A DNA stretch of 64,000 bases from a virus (IMGVR_UViG_2852743531_000003:32001-96000), one strand, 5' to 3'; positions 50,006-60,632 are shown, counted from the first letter of the stretch. Numbers and translations are program-made. The notes: generated by a model not told the origin, from the letters alone.

Positions 50006-52111
50006 TCAGGTCGTCGCTGTCGATGACTGGTCCAGCCGCACGGACTGGATCACGATGGTGGCAACCGTCTTCATGCCGGCGGCCGCGATCTGCAGGATCG
50101 AGGTCCAGCTGTAGTTGCGCTGCGCGTCCATGCCGGTGATCGTCGTGGTCGGCGTGATCGTGAAGCGGTTATCGAAGATGTTCGCCACGCGCGTCGTGAT
50201 GAAGTTGTTCACGTTCTTGATGAGCTGCGCGTTGGTCATCGATGACACTCCGCTGAACTGACGGCGTGCGAGGTCGCCGATCTTCTCGAGCGTGCAGATG
50301 GCACTGACCGTGAAGAAGCTGTTGAGCACCGACGTGTCGTTGTCGTAGATCGTCTTGAGCGCAGGGAAATACGCCTGACGGCGCGCGCAGGCTTCGACTC
50401 CCACCATGCCGTTGGCCCAGTCCTGGTTGCGCGCGGTCGCACTCCAGAAGGTCACGTTGATGTTCGAGAAGAGGTTGATCTGCGAGCCCGGCTGCATGTC
50501 GAAGGCGTAGCCAGACTTCCACTTGCCGCTGCTCGCGCCCATGTAGGCCGCAGCCTTCGACGCAAGCTCGATGGTGAGTGGCAGCTGGCCGGTGTAGAGC
50601 GAGCCCGTGAGCGAGCCCGAGCCTGGCACCACCATGCCCCGTGCGCAGGGCGTGCCAAAGTAGTCCGACTCGGGGTACTGCTGCAGGAACGCCTTGAGCG
50701 CCACCGCCATGGACGATTCCTCGGAGGCAGTAAGCGGCGGCGAGAGCGTCGAATAGGTCGACAGCGTGATGAACGTGTCCGGCCGTTGCGAGATGAACTG
50801 CGCCAGCGCCTTCTTGGTGTCGATCGGAAAACCCGAGTCCCAGAAGTGGGAATACGGATACATCACCATTTCCTGGATCGGATCAGCCGCGTCCGCAAAG
50901 CGCGCGGCATCCTCTGCCACGAGCGCCGCAAAGCTTGCATCGTCCATCGTGCCGTCGCTGCCGCCCGATGCCCACAGCGTGCTCGCCTGCCCCAGATACG
51001 CCGCATCCGGGTCCGACGTGTTGAGCTGGAAAGTCGAATAGGGCGCTCCCTTCGACGAGACGCCGCTGACGAAGTTGAAAAGCCACTGCTCGCCATGCGC
51101 ACCGGTAAAGTCAGAAAACGAATTGATGGCCGCGGCCTCCGCCGCGTAGAACATCCCGATGAGCGTGGCGAGATTGTCGTCGTAGACGTGCAGGCTGCCG
51201 AACAGGCCGTAGACGTCAGCCGTGCCCGCCGGATTGTTCAGGTCCTGCCAGGCATTCAGGAAGATGTCCTGGATGGATATCTGCGCATCAAGGGCCGTAT
51301 CGATCGCGTTGGGCTTGAACGTGACGTCGAGATACGTCGAGCCGTTGATCATGCGCGTGAGCGTACCCGTGCTCGAAGCCGAGGCGCGTGTAACGCACGA
51401 GACACGAAACGGATAGACGAGATCGTCCTCGATGAAGTTCGAATTGGCCGGCGTTGAGGAATTCACCGTCGGCGCCCACAGGCGCAAGCCATCGTTGTTG
51501 CCATACGCGCCAAAGCTTGGCACCAGCAGGTCCATCACCGGATAGCGCTGCGACGTATCTGAACCCGAGGATTGATCACCAGCCAGAATCTGTGCCTCGC
51601 CATAGTCGCTTGACCCGTCGGGGCTGTACGTCACCGTCGACACAACCCATTTCGCGATATAGCCCGCAAGCGTTGAGCCCGCGCCCGTAACCGGAACAGG
51701 CGCACCGCTCTCACCCGTCATGAATGAGCCGTCGGTATTGCGCTGGTACTGCTGGATTTGTGCCGGGAGCACATCCAGGCACAGACGCAACGACGCGGGC
51801 GGATTCGCGTCTCCCGGTTGCAGGCGCCTCACCATGATCGCGTTGCCCTGGGCATTTACTGCATTGGCAAGCACTGTCGCGTGATTGGCCCACGGTTTGC
51901 GCAGATCGAATGAATCGGCGCCATACAGGTTGGTCAGATCGACACCCGACACGACTTCCTCGGTTGTCGGGCCCATCTGCGTGTACAGATAGATGTAAGG
52001 GAGGTGCTGGGGAATCTGCTCCGGGGCCGGGGTCACCTGCTGCGTACTGAGATCATCGGTACGCTGGAAGATGGTCATCGGAGCGCCATTGACAATCATG
52101 GCTGTTGTCAT
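50006..52111 (-). CDS. contractile tail sheath protein (phiKZ gp29-like)
   Basis: IVNGAP, PQHLP, YGADSFD...NHAT, GGSDG, WDSGF and FPALKTIYDNDTSVLNS. Start MTTAM at 52111. Confidence 0.85.
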   Translation of the reverse strand: MTTAMIVNGAPMTIFQRTDDLSTQQVTPAPEQIPQHLPYIYLYTQMGPTTEEVVSGVDLTNLYGADSFDLRKPWANHATVLANAVNAQGNAIMVRRLQPGDANPPASLRLCLDVLPAQIQQYQRNTDGSFMTGESGAPVPVTGAGSTLAGYIAKWVVSTVTYSPDGSSDYGEAQILAGDQSSGSDTSQRYPVMDLLVPSFGAYGNNDGLRLWAPTVNSSTPANSNFIEDDLVYPFRVSCVTRASASSTGTLTRMINGSTYLDVTFKPNAIDTALDAQISIQDIFLNAWQDLNNPAGTADVYGLFGSLHVYDDNLATLIGMFYAAEAAAINSFSDFTGAHGEQWLFNFVSGVSSKGAPYSTFQLNTSDPDAAYLGQASTLWASGGSDGTMDDASFAALVAEDAARFADAADPIQEMVMYPYSHFWDSGFPIDTKKALAQFISQRPDTFITLSTYSTLSPPLTASEESSMAVALKAFLQQYPESDYFGTPCARGMVVPGSGSLTGSLYTGQLPLTIELASKAAAYMGASSGKWKSGYAFDMQPGSQINLFSNINVTFWSATARNQDWANGMVGVEACARRQAYFPALKTIYDNDTSVLNSFFTVSAICTLEKIGDLARRQFSGVSSMTNAQLIKNVNNFITTRVANIFDNRFTITPTTTITGMDAQRNYSWTSILQIAAAGMKTVATIVIQSVRLDQSSTATT

Positions 52112-52258
52112 GGTTGTGATCCTGAAATGAAATGCTATGGCTGGAAAGCGATGCGGCGCATCATATAAATTTGTGCGCTTCGTAATCCTCAGTAATTCAC
52201 GCGATACGGCATCGCGGGTCACAGGGCGGGCCGTTTCTTCTGGACGAGGGCGTGGAGA

Positions 52259-53215
52259 ATGAAACGCTATGCGACGGCGTACGACACCACGCAGTGCAGT
52301 GGCTACGTACTGGACAGGCTGGACTCAGGACTGAAGGCGGCGCTGCTCGCGGGAGCGCTTGCACCTTCCAACGAGGCGGCCACGATACTGGAGGTGCACG
52401 GAGGACAGCCGCTCGCGGACGCGGTGCCCGAGTTTGCCCACCCGTGGCTGATTACGCACGAAAAAGAACGCGAACAAACACATGGACACGATTGGCGCGG
52501 GACCATCGTGTTCGATGCCCGCCCGTTCGGCGCCTTCGACAGGATCAAGGGGCAATTTCTTGTCCGCAACGAGATCGAATACGGCCTGCAACGGCGCCGC
52601 GCGCAACTGAACGACATCTGGGTCAATGACGATCCGGCGCTGCTGCGTGATGTCTCTCCGGTGGCGATGAGCCTCTTCGCAGGCTGGATCAGCGAGAACC
52701 TGGCAAGACGCTTCGCGCTCGATCCCCGCGAGCAGTTGAACATGGCCATCCTCTCGGCCATTCACTACCTTTCGCTCTTTTCCGACGATGGGAACATCGA
52801 TACGCCCCAACGCATAAAGATGGCGATGCAGGTGTCGCGTGGCTTGCGCTGTCCGGCTGAGGAAGTCATGACGCTGCTCGAGAAGCGGCAGCACGAGGGG
52901 CCAGGGATCATCGGCCTGTGCGGGGCTGCCGCAGATGCCACCGGTAGCGTGAGACTGCGTGAGCTCAACCCCGGCATCCTGATCAGCATCGTCAAGGGCA
53001 CGTGGTTCGGCATCAACGCCGCCGAAATGCTGGCCGTGGCGCTTGAACATCCGCCCACCTGGCTGGCCCTCCTTGCCGCCGCGCACATCGAACGGACCTA
53101 CCGGAATTCAGGCCTCGCGCGCATGGTCGAGCGTCAGGCCCACAAGGAACCCAACCAGCTCTTCCTGCGCGCCGTGCTCAATCTTGCACAACTGGCCGAT
53201 CGCGGTTCGCGCTAA
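52259..53215 (+). CDS. conserved virion protein (phiKZ gp28-like)
   Basis: TAYDTT, PEFAHP and ALEHPPTW. Divergent from the sheath gene as in phiKZ. Confidence 0.65.
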   Translation: MKRYATAYDTTQCSGYVLDRLDSGLKAALLAGALAPSNEAATILEVHGGQPLADAVPEFAHPWLITHEKEREQTHGHDWRGTIVFDARPFGAFDRIKGQFLVRNEIEYGLQRRRAQLNDIWVNDDPALLRDVSPVAMSLFAGWISENLARRFALDPREQLNMAILSAIHYLSLFSDDGNIDTPQRIKMAMQVSRGLRCPAEEVMTLLEKRQHEGPGIIGLCGAAADATGSVRLRELNPGILISIVKGTWFGINAAEMLAVALEHPPTWLALLAAAHIERTYRNSGLARMVERQAHKEPNQLFLRAVLNLAQLADRGSR

Positions 53216-53282
53216 GCGCCGCCCCCTTGCCCAGGCTTCGTTTCTGTCGCCCTTCGCGACGCTCTTTGTCCGGGATACGAGC

Positions 53283-55925
53283 ATGTACGACTATCTCGTC
53301 GATAACGCTTTGCGCAATGTCTGGTGTGCTCCCACCCAGGACCGGCAGGCCATACTCCAGCCTGCGCGGCTCACCCCCGATGGCGGGGTCGTCAATAGCG
53401 TGCAGATCGACTGGTCCCAGTACCGCCTGCCGGTCAGCAACACCGCGTATCACATCTACCAGATCGGACAGATCAGTCCATTCCTGCTGGGCCTGCTGTC
53501 GTGGGCCCGAACATGGACGCCGTTTGCTGTCGCCATGAACCGGCTGAACCTGATCGTGGATCTGTACGTCAACTCCGGCATCCAGCTCGCACGCTTCCAG
53601 TCGTACTTCATGATCACCCGTGACAACAATCTGGTCGTCGCGGTGCAGTTGCAGTCCACCATCGACATCAACCTGGATCACGAACCCCTGTGCCTGCGGC
53701 TCTACAGCAATGCCTTTTTCCAGAGCCCACGCGCTACCGCCGGCGCGACACAAAACTACATCCAGACCGGCGGCATCGTCCCCAGGATCAAGACCGATAT
53801 CCTGCCCGTCCAGAATACCGTGACGGCACTCAGGGCGCAGCCAGGCACCGTGTACTGCTTCGTGAATGGGTTCAAGGTCGACACGATCAACGTGGTTACC
53901 GCGCAGCCTGGTGACGTGATCGAGTACGTCTATGACAGCTCGGTCTATCGCGTCGCGGATTTCGCACTCACCGGATTGCCGGTGTTCAACAGTACGCTCG
54001 ACAGCAAGTACAAGTACCTGCTTCACTACAACGGACGCGGACGCCACACCATCGACTACGAGGACGACATCGACGTGTGGGTCATCTACACGCTGCCCAG
54101 TGGGCTCACACAGGGCGTCTTCTACCACCACAACGAGACAGATGCGATCCGCAACGTCACGCACCGCGACTACGCGTTGCCCACGGCCTATGTCGCAGGC
54201 TATCTGTCTGCACGCGGAAACTGGAACTCGGAGTCGAACGTCACGATCCGCCTCCACATTCGCAAGGCCGGACTCGAGCGGCCACTCATCCATGAGAACA
54301 ACCGCATCTTCGAGCTCTACAAGCTCGATGACGACCAGATTGTCAGCGCGATGGCGGGCGTCGATGCGACGCTCGAAAACTGGCAGGCAGCCACACTGGA
54401 AGCCGCGCCCTATACCCGGATCATGCGCGCATGCAGTGACAGAAGCGGTAACAGCATGTTTGATCGCCGGACGGTCGAGGAAGCGTACGGGTACAACGCG
54501 ACGAGCCGGCTGGTTGGCATGAGCCCTCTCATTCCGGTACTGGAATCGGGCCAGCTGATCGTCAGCCTGCCCTACAACCTGCAGAGCAACGTCACGGCGT
54601 GGGAATACAACGAAGACGGCACCCTGCTTGGGTATTACCCGCATGCAAGCGGTGGCGTGTATGTCTGCCAGAACAGCGACTGTGCACTCGTCGAGGTGAT
54701 CTACGGTGCGGCCAGCCAGCTGCCCGACGACACCTACGGACAGGCGTCGCAGGTGATCGACCCGCGGCTCGACTACCGGATGTACACGTGCGACATCGCG
54801 TCGGTGACTGGCAAGCCGCTCCTGAACTGGACCGATGTGACCGGCAGCAGCCAGTATGCGATCCAGGACGGCATTCTTACCTGGCTAATCGACACCACGA
54901 AGACTTACACTTGCGTGAGAAGCAACCGGACGATGCTCGCGTACACGCTCTACATCCAGCCGCAGGAAGGCATCCTGCCGATCACGATCCAGCAGCAGGG
55001 CATTCTTGACTACGTGCTCCAGCTCTTCTCGATGCAGATCCCGATGGGCCAGCTCGACGTGTTCGTGAACGGCCGCTCGATGATCCAGGACCTGGACTAT
55101 GTGATGCGGTTTCCGGTGATCATGATTAACAACGTCTCGGCCCTCTCCTTTCCGCAAGACAGACAGCAACAGATCACACTACGCTGGACGGGCTTCTGCA
55201 ATAGTGATCTGTCAATTCCGCTGCATCGCGATGTCGGCTGGGTGCAGTATGGGCTTCTGTCGAACAATAACCGCTACAACATCCGCGACGACGATGTCAC
55301 GCGCATCGTGGTCGGTGGCGGTGTATTTCCGAAGTCGAACCTGAAGTTCGCCGAGGATGACGCCAACATTCTCTCGCCGCTGCCGATCAATGGCCTGCCC
55401 TATCAGGTCCAGAAGGTGATCGTGCCGATGCTCGGCGTCACGAACGAGGACACCTGGACCTACTTCGACCGCGCCCTTGCCGTCGACCGCGCGGTCGAGG
55501 ACTACATGACCCTCTACTATCCACTGCCTGCACCTGGCGTAGCAAGTGGCCCCGATGTCATCGAAGCACTCTATCCGCTGTTCAGCCCCTTCTGCTGCAA
55601 GATCATCTACGACCTCGTGCTCGGCATCATCGACGAGACGCCCCTCCAGTCGTTCTACAACGACGACTTCGTGCGCGAGGTCTGTCAACCCTATGAGTAC
55701 CTGCTGGCGTTCGACCCGACCCAGCCAGCCAATACACAGGATCCGCGGTTCGTGACGATCCGGCCGCACAACCTCACGGTGACCATTGCGCTCGAGATCT
55801 ATGCGTACAACTTCGTGAATAACGCGATCCGGATCTACCTTGGAAACCAGGTGCTGCTGAACAACTACGTCTCCATCGCCGACCTCACGGGTAGCAACGC
55901 GATCACCAGCGCAACCAGCAGTTGA
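53283..55925 (+). CDS. virion structural/baseplate protein (phiKZ gp27-like)
   Basis: MYDYLVDNALRNVWCAPTQDRQ, RNVTHRDY and EEAYGYNA. About 880 aa. Confidence 0.7.
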   Translation: MYDYLVDNALRNVWCAPTQDRQAILQPARLTPDGGVVNSVQIDWSQYRLPVSNTAYHIYQIGQISPFLLGLLSWARTWTPFAVAMNRLNLIVDLYVNSGIQLARFQSYFMITRDNNLVVAVQLQSTIDINLDHEPLCLRLYSNAFFQSPRATAGATQNYIQTGGIVPRIKTDILPVQNTVTALRAQPGTVYCFVNGFKVDTINVVTAQPGDVIEYVYDSSVYRVADFALTGLPVFNSTLDSKYKYLLHYNGRGRHTIDYEDDIDVWVIYTLPSGLTQGVFYHHNETDAIRNVTHRDYALPTAYVAGYLSARGNWNSESNVTIRLHIRKAGLERPLIHENNRIFELYKLDDDQIVSAMAGVDATLENWQAATLEAAPYTRIMRACSDRSGNSMFDRRTVEEAYGYNATSRLVGMSPLIPVLESGQLIVSLPYNLQSNVTAWEYNEDGTLLGYYPHASGGVYVCQNSDCALVEVIYGAASQLPDDTYGQASQVIDPRLDYRMYTCDIASVTGKPLLNWTDVTGSSQYAIQDGILTWLIDTTKTYTCVRSNRTMLAYTLYIQPQEGILPITIQQQGILDYVLQLFSMQIPMGQLDVFVNGRSMIQDLDYVMRFPVIMINNVSALSFPQDRQQQITLRWTGFCNSDLSIPLHRDVGWVQYGLLSNNNRYNIRDDDVTRIVVGGGVFPKSNLKFAEDDANILSPLPINGLPYQVQKVIVPMLGVTNEDTWTYFDRALAVDRAVEDYMTLYYPLPAPGVASGPDVIEALYPLFSPFCCKIIYDLVLGIIDETPLQSFYNDDFVREVCQPYEYLLAFDPTQPANTQDPRFVTIRPHNLTVTIALEIYAYNFVNNAIRIYLGNQVLLNNYVSIADLTGSNAITSATSS

Positions 55926-55943
55926 AGCACAGCGGAGATTTTC

Positions 55944-57653
55944 ATGGCCGACATCTTATCCGGTGCCGTCGAGCTGCCGGTCGGCACCGACGGCGGCGTC
56001 CCGATCAGGGGTCCTGACAACAGTCTGTGGGAGATATGGGCATACCAGAATCTCTGGCTCGGCGCCGCGGGCACTAACAAGTACATCCCGAAGGTCAACG
56101 ACTACGTCTGTGACTACACCATCAACCAGTGGTGGCGCGTGACGCTCATCGACCCCATCACGTATGTACCGACACTGGTGCCGCTCACCACCACGCCCAA
56201 CGCGGCCATGACCGAAGGAGACCTGCTGCAGGGTGTAGGCCCGGGCACACTTGCCGACACCTTTCGTGTGTATCTGGACACCAGCGTCATTCCCTTCATT
56301 CTGGCCGTCGATGGCCGACTCTGGTACCCGGGGCCCGATGTGGCTTCGGTCAAGCTGTTCACGGGGTCGGATTTCACGACCAACGAAAACTGCGTCAGCG
56401 GCTACTACGATCAGTCCGGCACGCTCGTCTCCCAGGCCATCACACTCGCGCCCGTCACAGTCCAGTTTCCCGATGGTTCGACCGGCACCGTTTCAGGTGT
56501 GCCGGTTTGCTATACGAACGTGCGTCTGGCCGACGCCACGCCGGTGACCGCCGTCGCCTATTCATCGACAGGCGCGGTCGTCTCCATCCGCCAGTTGCTG
56601 ATCCAGAATACCGGCTGCATCCGCCTGGCCGACTCCGGCGTGAAGTATGTCGTCGGCATCGAGCTCAGGACACCCTTCCTGTCGAGCTCAGACCCGACGC
56701 TCATCCAGTTCCCCATTAACGTGATCCTCGCGAACCTGAACCTGATGGGCATCGTGCGGTACAGCGACGGCACGAGCGCCATGCTGCCAGTCGACAACAC
56801 AAAATTCCAGATACTCGGCTTCAACGCCTTCGTCTCGACGATCGTCGGGCAGTCGTTTGACGTGGTGCTCAAGTACAACCTTTCACCCGACGAAGCGGTC
56901 TTCAATGCGAACTCGGTCGATCAGGTCGGCTTCATCACGCGGGCCTACCGCATGACGTCCATCAATTCGGCCGGCGCCTACGCGCTGAAGCTTCTCGCGT
57001 TTCCCGTGTGGCGTGACAGCATCACGGGTTACCGGCTCGACTGGTTCCTGTACAACCTCGATCGCAGCACGTGGTGGAACGTCACGAGCCTGGTGCAGTT
57101 CTCGCCGGCGTTCCCGCCATTCCAGCCGCTGCAATATGGTGTCCAGCAGGACATCAACGCGCAGGTACAGTTGAACAAGGTGGATCCCAGCTTTACGAAC
57201 TATCTGTTCAGCGCAACCGTGGCCATCACCCTGCTCGGGCCCGGTATGCAGGATTCCCCGTGGCAGATCCAGTTCGAACCCGGGCAGATGCCCCCTTACG
57301 GTCCCGGCAACGTCGCGGCCGTTAATGAAGTTCAGGCCAACCAGTACACCATCAATATCGCGAGCGGCTACCGGAAGCAGGCTGACTGGCTGCAGGCCCT
57401 CTACTACAACACGCTGCCTCTCACCGACCCGGCCACCGAGGCGCAACTGCCCGTGCCGACGCATTTCGCCATCCAGATGCCAGATGGCAGTGCTCCGATC
57501 GTGTGCCCGATTTCGCAATGGGCGTCGACCTTCAGCACAGGCGTGACGATTCCCGACGACAGCACGCTCTATGTGACCTTCTACATGCGCACGACGACAA
57601 ACGACCTGCAGCTGAGCATCTGCGGCCTGCCGGTGCGCTATCCAGGTACGTAG
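55944..57653 (+). CDS. virion structural/baseplate protein (phiKZ gp26-like)
   Basis: 569 aa beta-rich protein with KYIPKVNDYV. Lies between the gp27-like gene and the terminase. Confidence 0.7.
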   Translation: MADILSGAVELPVGTDGGVPIRGPDNSLWEIWAYQNLWLGAAGTNKYIPKVNDYVCDYTINQWWRVTLIDPITYVPTLVPLTTTPNAAMTEGDLLQGVGPGTLADTFRVYLDTSVIPFILAVDGRLWYPGPDVASVKLFTGSDFTTNENCVSGYYDQSGTLVSQAITLAPVTVQFPDGSTGTVSGVPVCYTNVRLADATPVTAVAYSSTGAVVSIRQLLIQNTGCIRLADSGVKYVVGIELRTPFLSSSDPTLIQFPINVILANLNLMGIVRYSDGTSAMLPVDNTKFQILGFNAFVSTIVGQSFDVVLKYNLSPDEAVFNANSVDQVGFITRAYRMTSINSAGAYALKLLAFPVWRDSITGYRLDWFLYNLDRSTWWNVTSLVQFSPAFPPFQPLQYGVQQDINAQVQLNKVDPSFTNYLFSATVAITLLGPGMQDSPWQIQFEPGQMPPYGPGNVAAVNEVQANQYTINIASGYRKQADWLQALYYNTLPLTDPATEAQLPVPTHFAIQMPDGSAPIVCPISQWASTFSTGVTIPDDSTLYVTFYMRTTTNDLQLSICGLPVRYPGT

Positions 57654-57720
57654 CGGACACAGAGCCGGCATGCGGCCCCCTCCCCTGCGAGGGAGGCAAG
57701 CCTCAAGCGGAGGCGACCAG

Positions 57721-59967
57721 ATGATCCTCTTCCTCGACGACTTCAGACAGTATCCGCAGGCGATCATCGACACCGACACTTCCAACCAGAGCTTTCTGAG
57801 GCTTGCGACGATCTACCGCCGGATGTCGGTGCACAACAATGCGTTTCTCCTCGCCCTCATCAACCCGGATCTTCAGGGCGTGGATCCCTTCTCCGCCGAT
57901 CTCACGCTCGAACAGATGGCTGCAATCGCGCTCGAGTGCAAGTCAAACCCCTTCTATTTCTTCCGCGAGGTATGCCGTATCCCGGTGAGCGGCACCAACG
58001 AGGCAGTCCCCTTCCAGGCCAACCGCGGCAACATCGCGCTCATCTGGTGTTTCTTCAATCACCTGATGATCTTCCTGATGATGATCCGGCAGACCGGCAA
58101 GTCTGTGGCGGTCGACTCGCTCATGGTTCTGCTGCTGAATTTCATCTGCGTGAACACCGAGCTCAACCTGCTCACCAAGGACGAGGTCCTGCGCCGCACG
58201 AACGTCGACCGCGTCAAGAAGATCATCGACGAACTCCCTCCCTACCTCCAGCAGCGCACCCGCCAGGACACCCACAACGGCGAAGAGATCACGATCAACC
58301 GCCTTGGGAACAAGTACAAGACGCACGTGCCCCAGGGTTCCGAAAAGGGTGCCTACAAGGTCGGGCGCGGCCTTACCACCCCCGTGATACAGATCGACGA
58401 GGGGCCGTTCCAGCCGAACGTGAGCATTGCCGTTCCCTCGGCGCTTGCCGCGCGCAACGCGGCGGTCGACGCCGCGCGTGCGAACGGCTCGCCCTATGGC
58501 GTGATCTTCACCAACACCGCGGGCAAGATCGACGACCGTGATGGCGCCTTCATCTACCGGATGCAGGGCAGCGCCGCACCATGGACGGAGAAATTCTACG
58601 ACGCGGAAAACGCCGAAGAGCTCGAGCGTCTGGTGCGAAAGTCCTCGCATGGGGAAAAGACCCCGGACGGCAGCCGGCGCAGCGTGTACCGTGTCAATAT
58701 CACGTTCAATCACCGACAGCTCGGCAAGACGGACGGATGGTTGCGCGAGAAGATCGAGGAGGCCGCCGTAACCGGCGATGATGCGAACCGCGACTTCTTC
58801 AACATGTGGACCTCCGGCACGCAAACGCATCCCCTGCGGCGCGAGATCCTCGAGCTGATCGTGAGAAGCCGGCAGGAACCGAAACACATGGAGATCAGCC
58901 GGGAAGGCTACATCACACGCTGGTATGTGCAGGAGCGCGAGATCGAGGCCAGAATGCGCCTGGGCCGCTTCGTGATCGGACTCGATCCGTCCAACGCTTC
59001 GGGCGGCGACGACATCTCTCTCGTGGCACTGGACATCGACACCCTCGAAGTGATCGCCGCCGGCACCTACAATGAGACCAACATCCTGCTCTTCTGCGGC
59101 TGGGTAGCCCAGTGGCTTATCCGCTGGGATACCACGACACTCGTCATCGAGAACCGCAGCCTCGGCCAGGCGCTGATCGACTACCTGCTCTACATGCTGC
59201 CAGGCCACGGCATCGACCCGTTCCGGCGGCTCTTCAACCGCATCGTCCAGGAGTACGACGAGCTCCCGGCCCGCTATCATGAAATTCAGGTGCCCATGGG
59301 GCGCCGCCCGACGGATATCTACACACGCTACAAGAAGGCGTTCGGCTTTACGACCTCCGGCGGCGGCACCTATGCGCGCAGTGAGCTCTACTCGGCCTCG
59401 CTGCAGCTCGCCGCAAAACGTGCTGGCTCCAATGCCCACGATCCGGTGCTCATCCAGCAGGTCGCGCACCTGACCACCCGCAACGGCCGTATCGATCACG
59501 AAGAAGGGCTGCACGACGACATGGTGATTGGATGGCTCCTCGCGCACTGGCTGCTGACCCGCGGCAAGATGCTGTCCTTCTACGGCATCGACGATCGCCG
59601 CATCGGCTCGGCGCTGAATGCCGGAGGGCAGGAAACCATGATCGACCATCAGCGTCGCCGCGAACAGCAGGCGATCCAGGATGAAATCGGGCGTCTGGCC
59701 GACGAGCTCTCACGCGAGCCCAATGAATGGGTCGCCGCGCGCATCGAGCATCAGATGCGGCTACTCGATCGACGGATCGTGCTCGAGGAAGGAGAGATCT
59801 TCAGCATGGACACGCTTATCAACCAGGCCAAAGAGAAGAAGCGCGAGCGACGGCTCCTGCGCCGCGCAGCTACGCCGGCGGATCCCCCCAACCCGTCGCC
59901 CCTGGGATTCTTCAGCGATACCCCGCCCGGTGCCAACATCCACACCCTCAAACGTGGTGGCTGGTAG
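57721..59967 (+). CDS. terL: terminase large subunit (phiKZ gp25-like)
   Basis: Walker A IRQTGKS, Walker B IQIDE, nuclease IGLDPS and HDDMVIGWLL. GGAGG RBS before ATG 57721. Confidence 0.9.
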   Translation: MILFLDDFRQYPQAIIDTDTSNQSFLRLATIYRRMSVHNNAFLLALINPDLQGVDPFSADLTLEQMAAIALECKSNPFYFFREVCRIPVSGTNEAVPFQANRGNIALIWCFFNHLMIFLMMIRQTGKSVAVDSLMVLLLNFICVNTELNLLTKDEVLRRTNVDRVKKIIDELPPYLQQRTRQDTHNGEEITINRLGNKYKTHVPQGSEKGAYKVGRGLTTPVIQIDEGPFQPNVSIAVPSALAARNAAVDAARANGSPYGVIFTNTAGKIDDRDGAFIYRMQGSAAPWTEKFYDAENAEELERLVRKSSHGEKTPDGSRRSVYRVNITFNHRQLGKTDGWLREKIEEAAVTGDDANRDFFNMWTSGTQTHPLRREILELIVRSRQEPKHMEISREGYITRWYVQEREIEARMRLGRFVIGLDPSNASGGDDISLVALDIDTLEVIAAGTYNETNILLFCGWVAQWLIRWDTTTLVIENRSLGQALIDYLLYMLPGHGIDPFRRLFNRIVQEYDELPARYHEIQVPMGRRPTDIYTRYKKAFGFTTSGGGTYARSELYSASLQLAAKRAGSNAHDPVLIQQVAHLTTRNGRIDHEEGLHDDMVIGWLLAHWLLTRGKMLSFYGIDDRRIGSALNAGGQETMIDHQRRREQQAIQDEIGRLADELSREPNEWVAARIEHQMRLLDRRIVLEEGEIFSMDTLINQAKEKKRERRLLRRAATPADPPNPSPLGFFSDTPPGANIHTLKRGGW

Positions 59968-59978
59968 TGCGACTGTCA

Positions 59979-60010
59979 CGGCAGACAAGCCGCGTCGGGC
60001 TTTTCTGCCG
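59979..60010. terminator. hairpin between convergent terL and small exported protein gene
   Basis: CGGCAGACAAGCC/GGCTTTTCTGCCG stem with one mismatch. Confidence 0.55.
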
Positions 60011-60037
60011 CTATACCGCTAGTGCACGTACGAGCAC

Positions 60038-60301
60038 TTACTCGCCGGCCGGGCCCTGCGCTCGCTTCGCCGGGTGCTTTTTGTGATGGTGGTGAGCGCC
60101 CTTGCTAGGGACACCCTCATGAGCAGGCTGCGCGTCCTGATCGACTACAGGCGGCTGGGCCTGGACGTCCCTCGCATGTTGCACAATCTGTGCAGCGACA
60201 TTGTCGTCATGGGTCATGACAATGCCGTTTTCCGTCGTTTGTGCCGATGCTGCGCCTGCCACGAACAACGAAGCGAGCAGCGCAAAAGAGATTTTTTTCA
60301 T
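60038..60301 (-). CDS. small exported protein (host-type)
   Basis: Signal peptide MKKISFALLASLFVAGAASAQ and a His/Lys-rich tail, a style common in Burkholderia. Confidence 0.75.
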   Translation of the reverse strand: MKKISFALLASLFVAGAASAQTTENGIVMTHDDNVAAQIVQHARDVQAQPPVVDQDAQPAHEGVPSKGAHHHHKKHPAKRAQGPAGE

Positions 60302-60632
60302 GGTCAGTTTCTTCACGTTGACAATTGGTCGCGAGCCGCTCCACAAAAGTTTGTCACGGCCCGCGCCCGGATTATCCATCAGGGCGTATAGAAAGTGGAA
60401 CGAGATTCAGGTCAGGAATCGCGTCGTCAGGCAGCGTCCGGTCTCATTTATTTTGAGACAGTTGCGTCTTGACAAGAAATGACAATTCAAAGGGGTCCGA
60501 ACCGTTGATCCTGACACGATCAAACGTTATAAAGTCAGGTGGACCAATCGCGGTCGCAGTCACGGCTCATCTCAGATTGCAGTTCTACCCTCCGGGCCGT
60601 GCCTTCCTTAAATTCCAGGGAGCCACACGCCT

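Larger units (their letters stand above)
1..60010. mobile_element. phiKZ-like jumbo phage-derived region (prophage / phage-plasmid / domesticated element), continuing beyond the left edge
   Basis: Split multisubunit RNAP genes, terminase, sheath, tube, gp181-like tail lysin, gp175-like protease, UvsX and RNase H in phiKZ-like local gene order. Host-type genes begin after 60010. Confidence 0.85.

Noticed and set aside
48959-57653. Reading the sheath/tube/baseplate block as an eCIS, R-type tailocin or T6SS core
   Set aside because: The proteins are phiKZ-type and are accompanied by terminase, prohead protease and virion RNAP. No TssB/TssC/Hcp or Afp-like genes were recognised.
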